DNA from: Chiloscyllium plagiosum | Lineage: Eukaryota | Direction: 5' to 3' | Assembly: GCF_004010195.1 (NCBI RefSeq) | Contig: NC_057719.1 | Location: 67,601,048-67,665,047 of the forward strand | DNA length: 64,000 nt | Part shown: positions 49,638 to 62,307 of the stretch, one piece after another | How positions within the stretch are numbered: position 1 is the first letter of the stretch | Layout of the letters: every line of letters starts with the position of its first letter | Position numbers and translations under genes: made by a program | The notes under the pieces: model-generated | The model's database searches: none | Told to the model about the DNA's origin: nothing | What the model saw: the letters and a program-made list of their open reading frames with translations, nothing else

Positions 49638-49854
49638 AATCAGAAACAAAAACAGAATTTGCTGGAGAAACACAGCAGCTTTGGCAGCATCTGTGGATAG
49701 ATAGCAGAGTTAATGTCTCTGAAGAAGGAATACTGGACCCAAAATGTTAGTGCTGCTTTGTCTCCAGAGATACTGCCAGACCTGCTGAGTGTTCCCAACA
49801 GTTTCTATGTTTGCTTCTGCTTTCTAGCATTCACAATTCTTTGGGTTTGTTTTT
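49638..49854. mobile_element. Fold-back PLE pLTR element (third family), 15-bp TSD with one mismatch
   Basis: gttcagaaaataatc (49627-49641) and gttcagaagataatc (49855-49869) flank inverted arms around a CTGAAGA core at ~49719. Confidence 0.75.
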
Positions 49855-51059
49855 GTTCAGAAGATAATCTTCTGGCTGTATTCCCCAGTAAGAGAGGCCA
49901 GCACCTACCAGATAGGGATCTGAGTCTACTCACCTACCCCCCCCCCCCCCCCACACACACCCCATCCCCCATCCCCACCTCACCCCATCTTGTGGCAAGT
50001 GACTGAGGAGGAGACAGCTCGATCTCTTCCTGATGCTCCTCTTGTTCTTTATCAGAGATCCAAGGTAGAACTGCATAGTTAGCTCACATGTTGCTGTGAT
50101 GAATGACAATTGGCAAATCCAGATCAAAGGCCAAAAGCTCTGAGGTAGCAAAAAGTATCTCTAAAGTCTTGAAAACCACCTTCAAAGCAAAGAAAATGCC
50201 CTCTCAGAATAAGTGCTGTCAGTAAATGCCTCTTACTCAGGCAATGAAGCATCTATTAAACTCTGTATTTAAAGGCTTTCAAGCCTGTGAAATACTCAGT
50301 CCCATCAATCCCCAATGTGCTATTCATTAATTGAACCTGGCAATTTTCAGGCTGCTCAGGAAATCTATGCACTGGCAGTTAGAGCTCGAATCTAGGGTTA
50401 AACATGGGGCTGCAGTCAATTGACTTTACGTCATATTTAAATCATAGACTCACTTGTCCCACCAGGGTTTCCTGCACACTTAGAAATGCAGATCTATTTG
50501 GTGCAGATCCTTCTTGCTGAGCTCTGAGCAAGCACTTCTTGCTTCTTAGATCCCCAAATCCACTGACACCTAGCCCCTTGCAAGTTAAAATATCTCCTTA
50601 TTATCAGATATTGTCAGGGCAATGATACTCTGCAAGCCTGCTATCAGGATATCAGGATCAGAGTGTGCAATGGGGTGATGAAACTTATAACTACCCAGCT
50701 GAGATAACCATTTTCTACACAATTTCCACCTTCCCCATGGGCAAAGGAGCACAGGAACAGAGTTAACATTTTGACTACAATGGTTCTTCTTTAGCACCCC
50801 CTTTTTCTACCTCTCCAAAGTCCTAGTGGCAAACCTGTCAAAAAACTTATTCTCTCCGAAGACTGTCCTTTGGCTCCTCTCCATGCTTCAGCCCCATTTT
50901 TACTGCTGTTGACTACCTGCAGAATGTCCTTCTTGGTGGGCTGTCTTTATCTCTCACTCTCCTGTCTTCCTGCTAACTAGCATGCATAATTCACGATTCC
51001 ACATTCAGAAAAATGGACCACTGTTAGTGCAAACGTGCAACTGAAGTTCCACCCCATAG

Positions 51060-52010
51060 GAGCTCTGTCCCAATATTAATGTTGGTTCTTGGGGTGATAG
51101 CAGAGAGCAGGTAATGATGTCTGGTTGGAGTTACTGCTTGGATCCCTGATGTTTTCAACTTATATTAATAACTTGGATACCAAAACCACATACAGGTTTG
51201 TCAAATTAACTGATAGCACTTAAATGGGAAACATAATAGAAGCAGAGGATGCAGCATAAAAAAATTGTTTGCACATTTAGATCAGTTATTCAACTGAACA
51301 GGGACATGGCAAATTAAATTTAACTTTGATAAATATATTTTTTCATATTGGTCAAAGAATAGGCTGTGAGATAATACAGTGATTAGAAGTAAATTAGCAC
51401 TGAGACACCCAAAAGTAGTGGGAGATTAATTGCTTTCAGTGTCTAGACAATGTAATATAAGAAACTAGTAGAATGCTGGGATGCAGACCCAGAACAGTTC
51501 AGAACTTATGCTACGTCCTTGCAATGTAATGGCCGAAGGAGACTTGTAGTGCTTGGTTAGGTTCTGCACACCATGACAAAAATGTTTTCATAAATTGGGG
51601 GTGAAGCTATGATGTCAAGAAGAAAGAGGAAGCATAGTGAAGAAATATAAGAGGATCTCAAACTCTTTTGTCCAGGAAAAATTGATTAAGGCAGGGGACC
51701 TCATCTAGAAAAGATGAAGTATTACATGCTGTAGATAAGGTAAACCCAGAATAATACTTCAAAGCAAGGCACAGAAGCAAGATCTGCTAACATAAATTTA
51801 AATTCATGGAAAGTAAATTTAAAACAGATGTTAGTAAGAACCTCTTTGGTCAAAGAGTGATCAGTGTTTGGAAAAATACTTTAGGCAGAGCAGAAGAGAC
51901 TGAAATACTAGAAATTTTTAAATTACAGCTGGATGCCAGAGCAGAGAGTTATTGTATGAGGGGATAAGGAAAGAGATTCAAATAATGTTTTCTGATGATT
52001 AGTTTTCCTT
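51060..52010 (+). mobile_element. Ancient CR1 LINE RT and 3' relic
   Basis: LLGSLMFSTYINNLD..FVKLTD, WQIKFNFDK and LFGQRVISVWK are degenerate CR1 motifs. Confidence 0.7.
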
Positions 52011-55000
52011 ATATTCTTATGAGCTTTGCTTTCCATCAACTCTGCAATGCATCTTAACTGGGAATATCTGATGGAGTCACTTGGAGCTGTTTATATATCT
52101 GCCATGCATTGAAAATTGTGGTATCATCGCTCATGGTTTTTCATAAACTCACTGGTAAGGTTGTGGTTGCCCATGGGTACTTGGAATATTCTTCCTTGGG
52201 TCTCCAAAGGCGGGGCGGGGGGGGGGTTAGAAACACTCCACAGTGTGATGCAATCTTTCTCTTACTGCCACAAAATGTACATCCTACTGCTCCCATCCAA
52301 AAAATGCTATGCCAATGCATTGACTATTCAGGGATAAGTGCTTAGACCTCCTGTTATTTGTATAATGAAGATAGTGTCAGATATACAGATAGAAAGAACA
52401 CTTTAGTAAATTGCTTATCTAATCCAAAAGTAGTGTCAAACAGTCTAAACTTCATAAAATATTGTCAAATTAAAGGTTAAAATCATGCCATATAGCAACT
52501 TCTTCAGGAATGTTTAGCAACGTTATTTGCGCTTCACATTGCCCAGTCCCAAGAAACCTCGTTGGTTACTTCACCCGATTAAATGATTGGATAGAATTTA
52601 AAATTGGTATTAAAAGCAGATAACCACTTAACAGATTCATGTAATATTCCTCTGCTACTTTAACAGAGGCTTGGATACATATGGAATAATTCGAGGGAAC
52701 ACAGGAATGCAACGTGAATGAGAGAGGTGTGATCCATCTATGATTGCCAAGAATAATTTCCACCCTATTCATTCAATTTGGATGCAAGAATAATCTAACA
52801 AGAAAATTACTGATTTACTGCCTTAGTAATATTATTTCATTAATTCAGTGTGAGATATTATTGTGAAAAACACGATTCCTACCATGGAACATAATATGCA
52901 CCAACGTACATAATTGTCCAAAATATTCAGTTATACTAAAATCTTCACTTTTGCTAAGAGACATGAAATAAAACAAAAAAAAGTTCAGAAATAAGTCATC
53001 AACATTTTCACATATTCTAGCCATGAAAGCAGATTACAGAAAGCCAAATGAGAGCTAGATTACCAGTGCCAATAGTTCGGTTTAAACAGTCATTAAATTT
53101 GATATCTTTTTTTCCTCTGGAACTCACAATCTGTTGGGGGAAATTATTTGTCGACCTTTAGTGTAGATAGGAAAATAATGGCTGCAACCTGTGGTGCATT
53201 TATCTGACTGTCGACAAAAATGGTAAGGAAGAAATGCAACCAGTTTAAAATGAAAATTTGCCCATAGAGTTTCTGTTAATTATATACCATTGAGTCTCTT
53301 TTCATCGGCAAGTTTCATTTCAGTTCTAAGTTTATGTGTAATCTGCTAGAATATCTGTTGAGTCACAAATCACTATAATTTGCGTATAGTGATTAAATTT
53401 TACAGTTCTGAATTTACCCTGCAAATGTCTGAGTTCTGCGTGTAATTTGCACAATGATTTATCAGATTGATAGTAGAGGTAATAATTAATCTCTGCTTTC
53501 TAATATTTCATGCTAACAGATGCTAAGTTGCTTAAACCATTAACATTTGTCAGCTGCCATTAGTAATTTCTCTAACGAGATTTTTGTGTTCTGCTTTTGA
53601 AAATGTAAGTGTCATATGTTATACATTGTCATATTTGATAATTCCTGAGGCCTTTATTAAAGAGATTTACAGAGTTCAAAAATCCATAATTCAGTGCCAT
53701 TTAAATTCATGAACTTGGTATGTGACAAATTTGCTCTTACTTTTTAACATTATCGGGAGTGACCTTATAGTCACTTTTTTTTATCTTGCAGCATTCAGAA
53801 ATGAGCTTGGTTTATATTTAATTATTCAGGGATCTGTGTCTGCTTCCATGTTGTTTATAACTGCGTGCACTGTAAACTTGATTCCATTGTAGATCAGCTT
53901 TTGTCTCAATTACATGAGCATTAACATTTTAATCTAGTTTAGCATCCAATTAAAATGCTTTAAAAATTGGCCTCCAGATGTGTCAAACCTCTGGAGTAAC
54001 TTCTGTTTTGTTGTGATTTTTAAAAAATATATATAATGTTGGCATCCAGTGAAAACAAATTTCCTTCTCATTACTAAGGCATATTATTTTTGAATCGGCA
54101 GACAGTATTAAAGGTTTATATTGTACATTTTTTCTGAAATAACTTTTCTATTTAACTTTTAATGTTAAAAAATAAAACAAGCTCCTATTTTTTTTCAACT
54201 TAATTAAAATGATGAATGATTGCTATTGAGAATTTTATTGGTTTGAATGCTTTATCAAGAGTCTAGCTTTCATAGAAATACTTGTATTCGTGGACTTAAC
54301 AAAATTCTACATCTTGAATTGCCTTTAATATTGGAAAATTGTGCATGCTTAAATATGAATCATTTCCCTTCCATTTGAGCTGTATTCTTTCAACCTTCCC
54401 TCTGTGACGCCAATGAGGCAGCACCTCATGCTTAGACACCAATGAGTCTTTCAGGCTTCAGGATCATGTTTGATATTGTCAGATGGCCTGGAAAATTAAA
54501 AACCCAATTAAAGACTCAGCACGTGGGTCAACTTTTCTGCATATCAAAAGGCCTCCTCTGGCTATCTTAGCCAAATTATATCCGTTAACAGCTCACTTTG
54601 CAGAAAGTGCAATAGCAGACCATTTATGAGTAATAAGTACTTTCCAGCTGATACTTTTCAAACATAAACTGCTTTCATGGCAGCAGAAAAAGTGCAAGTC
54701 GTAATCAAATTGTCAATTTTTCCTTGGAAATGCAAAGGATGCATTGTGACTGTAATTGTTGCAGGAGAGTTGCATTTTTTTCACAAACTGAACATATTTA
54801 CATATTTGCCTAAGCAGGCAAGATTTTCTCTGCCTTGGTCTCTGCTCCCTAAATAAAAAGCATGATTAATTTTTAACTCACACTTGGTTTTGTATGGACA
54901 AATCAATGCAATTTTAAATGAGAAAGAAGAATTGACGAAGCAAGAAAAGCAGGCTGCTAGTATGCCTATTTTGTAGCACTAACTTCAATTTCAAGAATTT

Positions 55001-56749
55001 TTATGATTTGAATGTGCTCACTATTATAAAAACCATTGTCAGATGCAAGAAATAAGAGTTTTTTTGCAGGGGTTCAAACATCCGTCAAAAAGAAAGCCAG
55101 TCTTGTCAGTGCGAGGTATTTCTTAAATTACTGAATGCTCAGAATTGGTTGAGACACCACTTTAAATCTGAAACAAAATAAGCTTGCAGAAATTTATTGT
55201 AAGCATAGAATAATAACAGCATCATTTGAAAACTATTTATATGCTTTCCTGCTTCGAATACATTTTGCTTATAATTAAGTTTAAGGAAACTAAATCAGCA
55301 ATGCAGCCGTATCTGCATTTGAAATAAAGAAGGATTAGAATTTTTTTATTTAGAAAGCACATTCTTTTTAATACACTGCAATTTGTTTTGATTTACAATA
55401 TTTACTTTATCGCACAAAAGCTTCCCATCAGGACACAAAACTTCATCATCTCTAATTTTTAGTTGTGTGCATTTGAAAACATGTTAGTTAGATTTTTGTA
55501 AAAGCACATAATATACCTAAAAATCGAAACTAAATAGTTTAAATACCAACATTGACCTTCATAACACAAATGTTTGTTAATGGAAATAAAAACTGCATTT
55601 CAGGAAAAGACATAATAATATACCTGTTAAGACTGAGTAATTTTGAGTGGTGATGGAAGAATGGGACATAATGTTCTTTTTTTCTGTCATAGGCTGTATT
55701 TTTCTGTCAGTTGGCAGAGGCTGTGTTCAGGAGAAGAAACTAAAGACTCGCATTGAGAGTCATGAGGGTGACAGCTAACCTGACAGGTCATAAGATGACT
55801 GCAGAATTAGCCTTACTTTAATTCTCACTAAAATTCACAGCTGCGGACAAGGAAATGGGTAGAGAAATTTGCCTCACACATTTTCTTTTCACTCCATGTA
55901 CAGATTACATATTCTGTTCTTATTAATGAGATGAGCCTATACCATATACAACTCTATATTTAGTACCAGAGACCACACAGCTGACAGGAGAGACCTCTCT
56001 CTTGTCTGGTGATCAGTGAGTTTGACATGACACTAATAATGCTGTCTTTATCCAAATCCACCCAGGATGACTCCCTGTTCATTTGTATGCTTGGTTCTAC
56101 TAGACATTGTAAACCATAAGTCAATGGGTCCAATCCAACATGGCTGCTAGAACTAATCCTCAAAGTGACATTTTGTCTTTACTGTAAACAAAAGGTAACT
56201 ATCGTTCATAAAAAATGCATCGATATTATTTAGGAGATGAACATGGTAATCCAACTGGTTTGTGCTGTTACCACAGCTTGGAGACTAAAATTAACCACAA
56301 GTAGGTCATTGCAATATATTGGAAGCATGTTCTAAAAACTCTTTAATTAATTATATGCTTTACTCAGGAAACTGCCCCATTATTGCATGAAATGCTTTAG
56401 CTGTTTTACCACTTGTCCATTTAAGTATTAACATTTTCCAAATCCTTTGTAAATGATTTCTAATCACTTTCATTCGCCAAATACCAGCTTTCTTTGTATT
56501 TGCAGTTCCTTTACTAACAATTCTATTCAACAGTCAAGCCAGCATTTACCAATGTCAGCTCTGAATGGTTGGGTGCAAACTCAACTTGCTTGATATGTAC
56601 CAAATTGATAAAGCTTAATCAATAAAAATCATTAAACTATGTAACTAGCCTTCCCAATATAAAATGGTCACTGTATGCTAATAATAAATTGAGCTTCAAA
56701 CCATAAGAACAGCCATATTTTTATTATGTTTTTAACAAAGGAAAAAATT

Positions 56750-57220
56750 AAAAAGGCACTTGTTTATATAGTGTCATGAATAAAAATGTTGACACAGTGA
56801 CAAAGAGAGACATCTCTAAACTGATACTAAAATGTTTGGTCAAAAGGTCAAAGGTTTGAAGAGCAATTTTAAGGAAGAAGGGGAATTAGTGAGGCAGAGA
56901 GGTACAGCATGAATTCCAGAGTTTAGGATCTAGATAGCTGAAGGCATAGGCATGAGGTTGGCAGAATTAAAATTGGAGACATGTAAGGTGCCAGAATTGA
57001 GGGAGCATGTACTTCGTAAAGGCTTTTAGGCCAGAGGATATCAGAAAGATGAGGAGAGACAAGAGAATTATTTGAAATCAAGAATGAGGATTTTATATTT
57101 GCTGCATTGTTGGATCAGGAGCCAAGCTAGGTCAGCAAGTCCAGGCTGATAGCCCAATGAGACATTAATGGGTGTTAAGTTCAGAGCAGCAGAGGCATTT
57201 CAAATAATCTAAAATTGTTG
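56750..57220 (-). mobile_element. L2-type LINE 3' end relic
   Basis: tttggtcaaaagg..ttttaaggaagaagggg..gaattccagagtttaggatctagatagctgaaggca resembles an antisense L2 terminus. A related piece lies at ~25270-25420. Confidence 0.55.
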
Positions 57221-57799
57221 AAAAACAACATGTGGTGCTGCTATAGTGACTGAGCGGTGGAAGAGGCAAGTTAAAAAGGTGAGAGCGGTGAAAAGGTCTG
57301 TGCATCTTTTAATTGTTTGCTCATATATAATGTCACAGTGAGATTTAGTATTAAGTATGCAAGGGCACCATTATATATCAACAATTTGCATAAATCAATA
57401 GAAATTATCGTCACCCTGGAATTGCCATTGGCTTTTTAAGACATTGTATAAAGCAAACATTGGGAGAACTTGCAAATTGTTTTTTTTAGTGCCTGTTCAC
57501 ACACGCATTTGTCCCTTGATTGAGAAAAGGAAGTGGTGCTGGAGGGATTCCAAGGTTAATTACCAGTCTGTCAAAACACATCACAACTAAACATTCCATG
57601 ACCAACAAGTCCTGATATGGGACTTAAACTTAGAGCTTTAGTTCCCGAGACCAGGACTAAGTACCATTGCACCACGGAGTCTCTGAGCTGTTTATTGCTA
57701 AACCCTACCATTTAAAATCATGTTGGCATAATAATGAGGTTTGCATTCTGCTTTTGACTTGCCAGACACTACTGTTGCATTAAATGCTTATGGACTGCT

Positions 57800-58022
57800 T
57801 GGGGTAGGTTTGCTTAGTTAGCTGGACAATTGGTTTACAGCACAGAGTGATGCCAACAGTGTGGGTTCAATTCCTGTACAAGAGGAGGTTACCATGAAAT
57901 ATTCACCTTCTCAACCTCTACCCTCAGCTGAAGTGCAATAACCCTCAGGCTAAACCATCACCAGTGGTTTCTCTCTAATGGATGCACAGCCTTATGGTCC
58001 AGTGAGGGCACGCCAACTTTGC
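57800..58022 (+). mobile_element. tRNA-derived SINE
   Basis: A-box-like tgcttagttagctgg and B box gggttcaattcc. An antisense relative lies at 59535-59715. Confidence 0.7.
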
Positions 58023-58507
58023 TATTGAACCTAGTGGCAGTGCTGGTTTTGGAAGAAGCGGAGATAGTAGAGACAGCTGTGCTAGTTTGGTCAGTGCTTG
58101 ACAACTATTCATTAGGAAAATATGGAATTACATAACGAATGTTTATTTAGAATTAAGTTGCTGTGTACAGCCTTTTTTTTTGGGCAGCCAGCCACATTCA
58201 TTAACTTATTCCAGAACAATGCCCTCCTGATATCTGTCAGGCTACTGCATGGTCACACATCTTAGCAGGGACAATGCACATAACCCAGGCACTGTCAGAA
58301 GGAAATGCCTGTTCCACGTCCAACTCTGCAGGAAGGCAGTCACAGTGGCCTCCTGCCTCCTGCCTTCTGGACAATCTTCACAGCTGCCTGTTACTGCAGA
58401 AGAAAAAACTGCATCAAACATTTATATTGTTGGCTCATTTCAATTACTAGTGACGTTCAACCAATTAATCACTTATCTATTCACCAATGCCTCCACCATT
58501 TACATCT

Positions 58508-58850
58508 CGAGTGTGGTTCAATTGGTAGCCAGATTGCTTCTGAATGACAAGATTGCAAGTTTAAGTCTCTTCCCAGGGTTTGAGCACAAAACTCAAGGAT
58601 GGATCTCAAGCAAATCTTCCTATAGTGAAATAGCCAATATTGATCCAATCAATATCACTAAAATAGATGACCTCATTAACATCTGATAGCTGTTTTGAGG
58701 AGTTTGCTGAATAGAAATTGGCTGCAGTGCTGCCTATTTGACAACAGTGAGAACGCTTTGAAAAGTATTTCATTGGCTGTAACATATTTTAAATCATCTG
58801 GTGATTGTGATAAATGTTACGTATATGCACATCTTTTTTCCTTTTCATCA
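58508..58850 (+). mobile_element. DeuSINE (SacSINE1-like), internally deleted
   Basis: Head tgtggttcaattggtagc, core aaattggctgc..acaacagtga..aaaagtatttcattggctgtaa. Homologous to 10590-10950. Confidence 0.65.
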
Positions 58851-59134
58851 TTTCACTGCTCGCTTGTTTACTGGGGCAACATTTGTGTCAAATTCCAAAG
58901 GAAAGGTGAGAACAAATAGAGAGGTAGTTTTGTAATGAGTTCAGAGGGTCATTTATGAACTTCATGATGTCACCTCATGGCACGAATCAAAAATAGGTAA
59001 ATATTTACAGACCACATCTTTCTACTTCTATTTATTTTGAACTGCTGACTAAAAAGGGAAATAAATATTGCATTAAACCAAAGACAGTGAAAGGAGAGAT
59101 TGCGTGTTTGAAGCAAGTTACTTTTCTGATTGAG

Positions 59135-59830
59135 GTAATACTCCCCCAGACACAATGTGGCCTTAGGCATCCCAGAAAAAACTACTAATATTGTCTCTGT
59201 CACTAGGAAACTCCAAGTAAAATGTCAAAACTACACCAGGAACTCTTCACCATCATCATCAACCTGACTAAAACATTTGGTTCAGTAAGTCATGAGATTT
59301 CTTTGTTTGTTCACAATAATCTTGAATGTCTAAGTAACTTCAATGCAATCCTCCAAATCCTTCATCTTGATATTATTGCAAACTGCTTTGTATAGGAAAT
59401 CTGAAACAGATTATTCAAAATCTGGATCAGTAGCAAGCAACGCTGTGTGATAGCCCCCTATTATTTTCATTCTAGTACCTGACATTAATTATTCATCTTA
59501 TTAAAAATCAATGGCTCTCTCGTGCATTTAATTAAGTAAACCTAAAGGTACAGTCACCATAGTCCTACTCTCTCATTATAGAGAGATAATTAGTAGTAGT
59601 TTAATCTAAAGGTCAACACAGCTCATGCAAGGGGAGAGGTTGAGAAGGAGAATATGTCATGGTACCCTCAGCCATTGCAGGTATTGAACCCACACTAACC
59701 AGCCAACTGACCTCACCGGTCCCCAATATAATCCTGTTGGATGGTAAACTCTTTAATTACAGTTGCCTCCATGCCAAAACAGAAGTGACCAGCTTAGAAA
59801 TACATGAGCAGCAGTGTGTGAATCATTTGA
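59135..59830 (+). mobile_element. RTE-clade LINE RT relic, interrupted by a minus-strand SINE (59535-59715)
   Basis: QCGLRHPRKTTNIVSVTRKLQVKC, INLTKTFGSVSHE, KQRCVIAPLLF and DGKLFNYSCLHAKTEV match RTE motifs QCGFR..RQLQEKC, DLTKAFDSV, KQGCVLAP and DGKLFNLRRL, in order. Confidence 0.7.
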
Positions 59831-60299
59831 CAAAAACATCCTCTACAAGTCAACAAGTCTTATGTACACAGCAGTTGTCATCAGCACATGGTCTTTTTAC
59901 TTTTACAGTGATTTTTACAGGTCTCCGAAAGGACATTGTTGATAGCTAATCCATACCACTGGTCATCATGTTGCGTGTGCTCTCTGTTGAAGTAAGTTAG
60001 TTGCCATCATCTTTTTTCAGGGTAGTGATCTGTAGAGCCCATTTGATCCAGTGTGGTGAGAAAACCAATTTGGTAGTCCAATGAGAAAGGGCTCTGGTTT
60101 TAAACAAAATTATGTTCATTGTATGATAGTTGGTATGTACAACTTACATTGATGTGAGACTCATTGTTACAGGGAATATGAGGAAGACCCTGATGATAGA
60201 ACTTACCCCTTTAAGATCCAACAAATCCTCTGACATCGTCATTGTTGGGTGCAGTTAAGGCACTCCTCAGCATCAACCCTCTCAGGCCCTTAAATCCTT

Positions 60300-62300
60300 A
60301 TACATCTCTTGACAGGCCTTTTCATTTATAATATTCACACACTTGTCATATTGTTACTTTCGTCATTAACCCATCTCCCCCCAAGTCTCAGATTTCACCT
60401 ATTCAAATGGTCTGGAACTTCACTAACCTCCAAGGATGCATTCCTTTTGAACTTGGTAGGTCTTTGGGTTGAAGACGTTTGACTTTGATTCTGGTTCTGA
60501 GTTTGAGACCTGAAGGTCCATTGAAATTGAGATTGACGGACTGGATTTCCTTTGTGAAAGGGTGATGGCTGCCCTGAAATAGGTACTTGCTTTTTTTTGC
60601 AATATCCAAATCAGTAAACCAGGTAATTTCTTCTTGATCATGCCCTGAATGTGAGGAATTTGGTTTCCTATGTACCACATCTTCAATTCCCGTCACATGT
60701 TTATTCTCCACCTGATAGTAAATTGGTATTGAAGTGTGTAAGACTCTTTCCTTCAGCTTGATTATTGGGTCACTCAGCCTTAGTATTTGCATTATGAATG
60801 AAACCAGGATGCTCGCTTCATCTGTCATCCTATTTGAGGATTGCTTCTTGCCTACCATGATCTCTGTCACTGTTACTGAGAATTTATTCCAGGGAGATCA
60901 GGAAATTAAATTCACTGTTTAGATTTACATTTTCTAAATCACCTCAGCAGCTGACATCAAAGTTACATTAAATCTGTCATTACAATTTATTCATCAAGTT
61001 GAGTTGCATTCTAAATTATATCAGTTTAAGATTCATCAATAAGATCACCAGGGTATACTGCTCATTTGCTATCTGATTGCTTTTGTACTTTTACAACTCT
61101 TGCTGATTAATATAAAATTAACTCTTTTGCATTGGTAGCGGTGGAAAATATTTCTGTCAGTCCAGAATGGTTGCAGATTTTCATCTTGCATCGGGTATGA
61201 AAGATTTTCTTATGACAACGTAGCTAATTTTAACGAAATCTGTTTAGTTTGGGTTCTGTCAGTATCCTAGCAAGTCTGATCAAATCTTCAATGGATTGTC
61301 CAGTGACTACTTGTCCCATGACTGGCTATTCAGCGACTGAATGTTCAGACGTCCTTTGACCCATCGTTCCATGATTAGCTGTTAATGGGTCAATTGTTTA
61401 TTGATTTTAACTTCTTCCACCATTTGAAGAAGATTGAGGTTAAGACATGCATTCATTATCAAGAGTAATACTTTTTGACAGTGAAGAATATGTCCTTCAC
61501 AATCTGATATTTTGTATTGAAGACTAGCTTGTAGAATACCCTTAATCTTAAATTATATACCTCTGCACTGCTGATAGTTGTAGCCATTACCTTTTAAATC
61601 ACAGCATTCTATTTGATAATATATAGACATTCATCCTTTTATCAAGGCTAAATTTAGGAAGATGTCTACTAACATAACTACCTTCTTGCCAAAAAGCTAA
61701 CTCTGGATCACTTATTTTCCCTGGGAATACATTCACCTTTTTTTTTTAGTTTTTGTAGCTTGTTCTAGTCATGAACTTCTTTACATGACTAACCATTTGA
61801 TCTATTACTGCTCTTTTTGGCCTACGTCAGCACATTTTCTGAAAATTACCTATTATTTTACAAATAAAGCATTCTTTTGTGCCTTTCCTGGTTATGCACC
61901 TCAAAAACTGAATGGATTTTATTGATTCAGTGATAAAATTGATCTTTTCCTCTTGGGATTGATCTACATTATTTCCAGACTCACTACATCCATCAAATGT
62001 ATGGCTTTCTTCAGAGACAAATCTGTTTTTGACCATAATAAATCTGACACAGACTTATCAGCAATTCCAACAACTATTCTGTCTCTTATAAATTCTAACT
62101 TTAAATCTCTGTAGTTACATTTTTCCAGCAACCCACCTATATCAATGCAGACATCATTAACTAAATTATTTATGAATATGTCTGTATGCCACAACCTTCT
62201 GTTAAATCTTGCTCTTTCAAGCATTTTATTTATTCTGAGATTAAAGTAATTGTCAAAGGGGTATTCAGTACTTTTTTTGAAAACTATCTGTTCTTTCGTT
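60300..62300 (-). mobile_element. Second decayed Gypsy provirus (gag clear, pol badly eroded)
   Basis: FDNYFNLRINKMLERARFNRR..CNYRDLKLEFIRDRIVVGIADKSVSDLLWSKTDLSLKKAI at 61964-62260. The pol-like extent toward 60300 is tentative. Confidence 0.7.
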
Positions 62301-62307
62301 TACACCT

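Noticed and set aside
49937..49986. C16 run and C-tracts (G-quadruplex on the minus strand)
   Set aside because: Low-complexity sequence with no supporting context. Similar G-rich tracts occur inside pLTRs.
15318..58022. tRNA genes at A/B-box sites (15318, 44174, 57800)
   Set aside because: No cloverleaf. Each continues into a SINE body and tail.
58249..58686. 145-aa ORF
   Set aside because: It runs into a DeuSINE head and has no recognisable protein features.
60403..60870. 155-aa minus-strand ORF as a novel gene
   Set aside because: It lies downstream of a decayed Gypsy gag on the same strand and is most simply eroded pol sequence. There is no splice or domain support.
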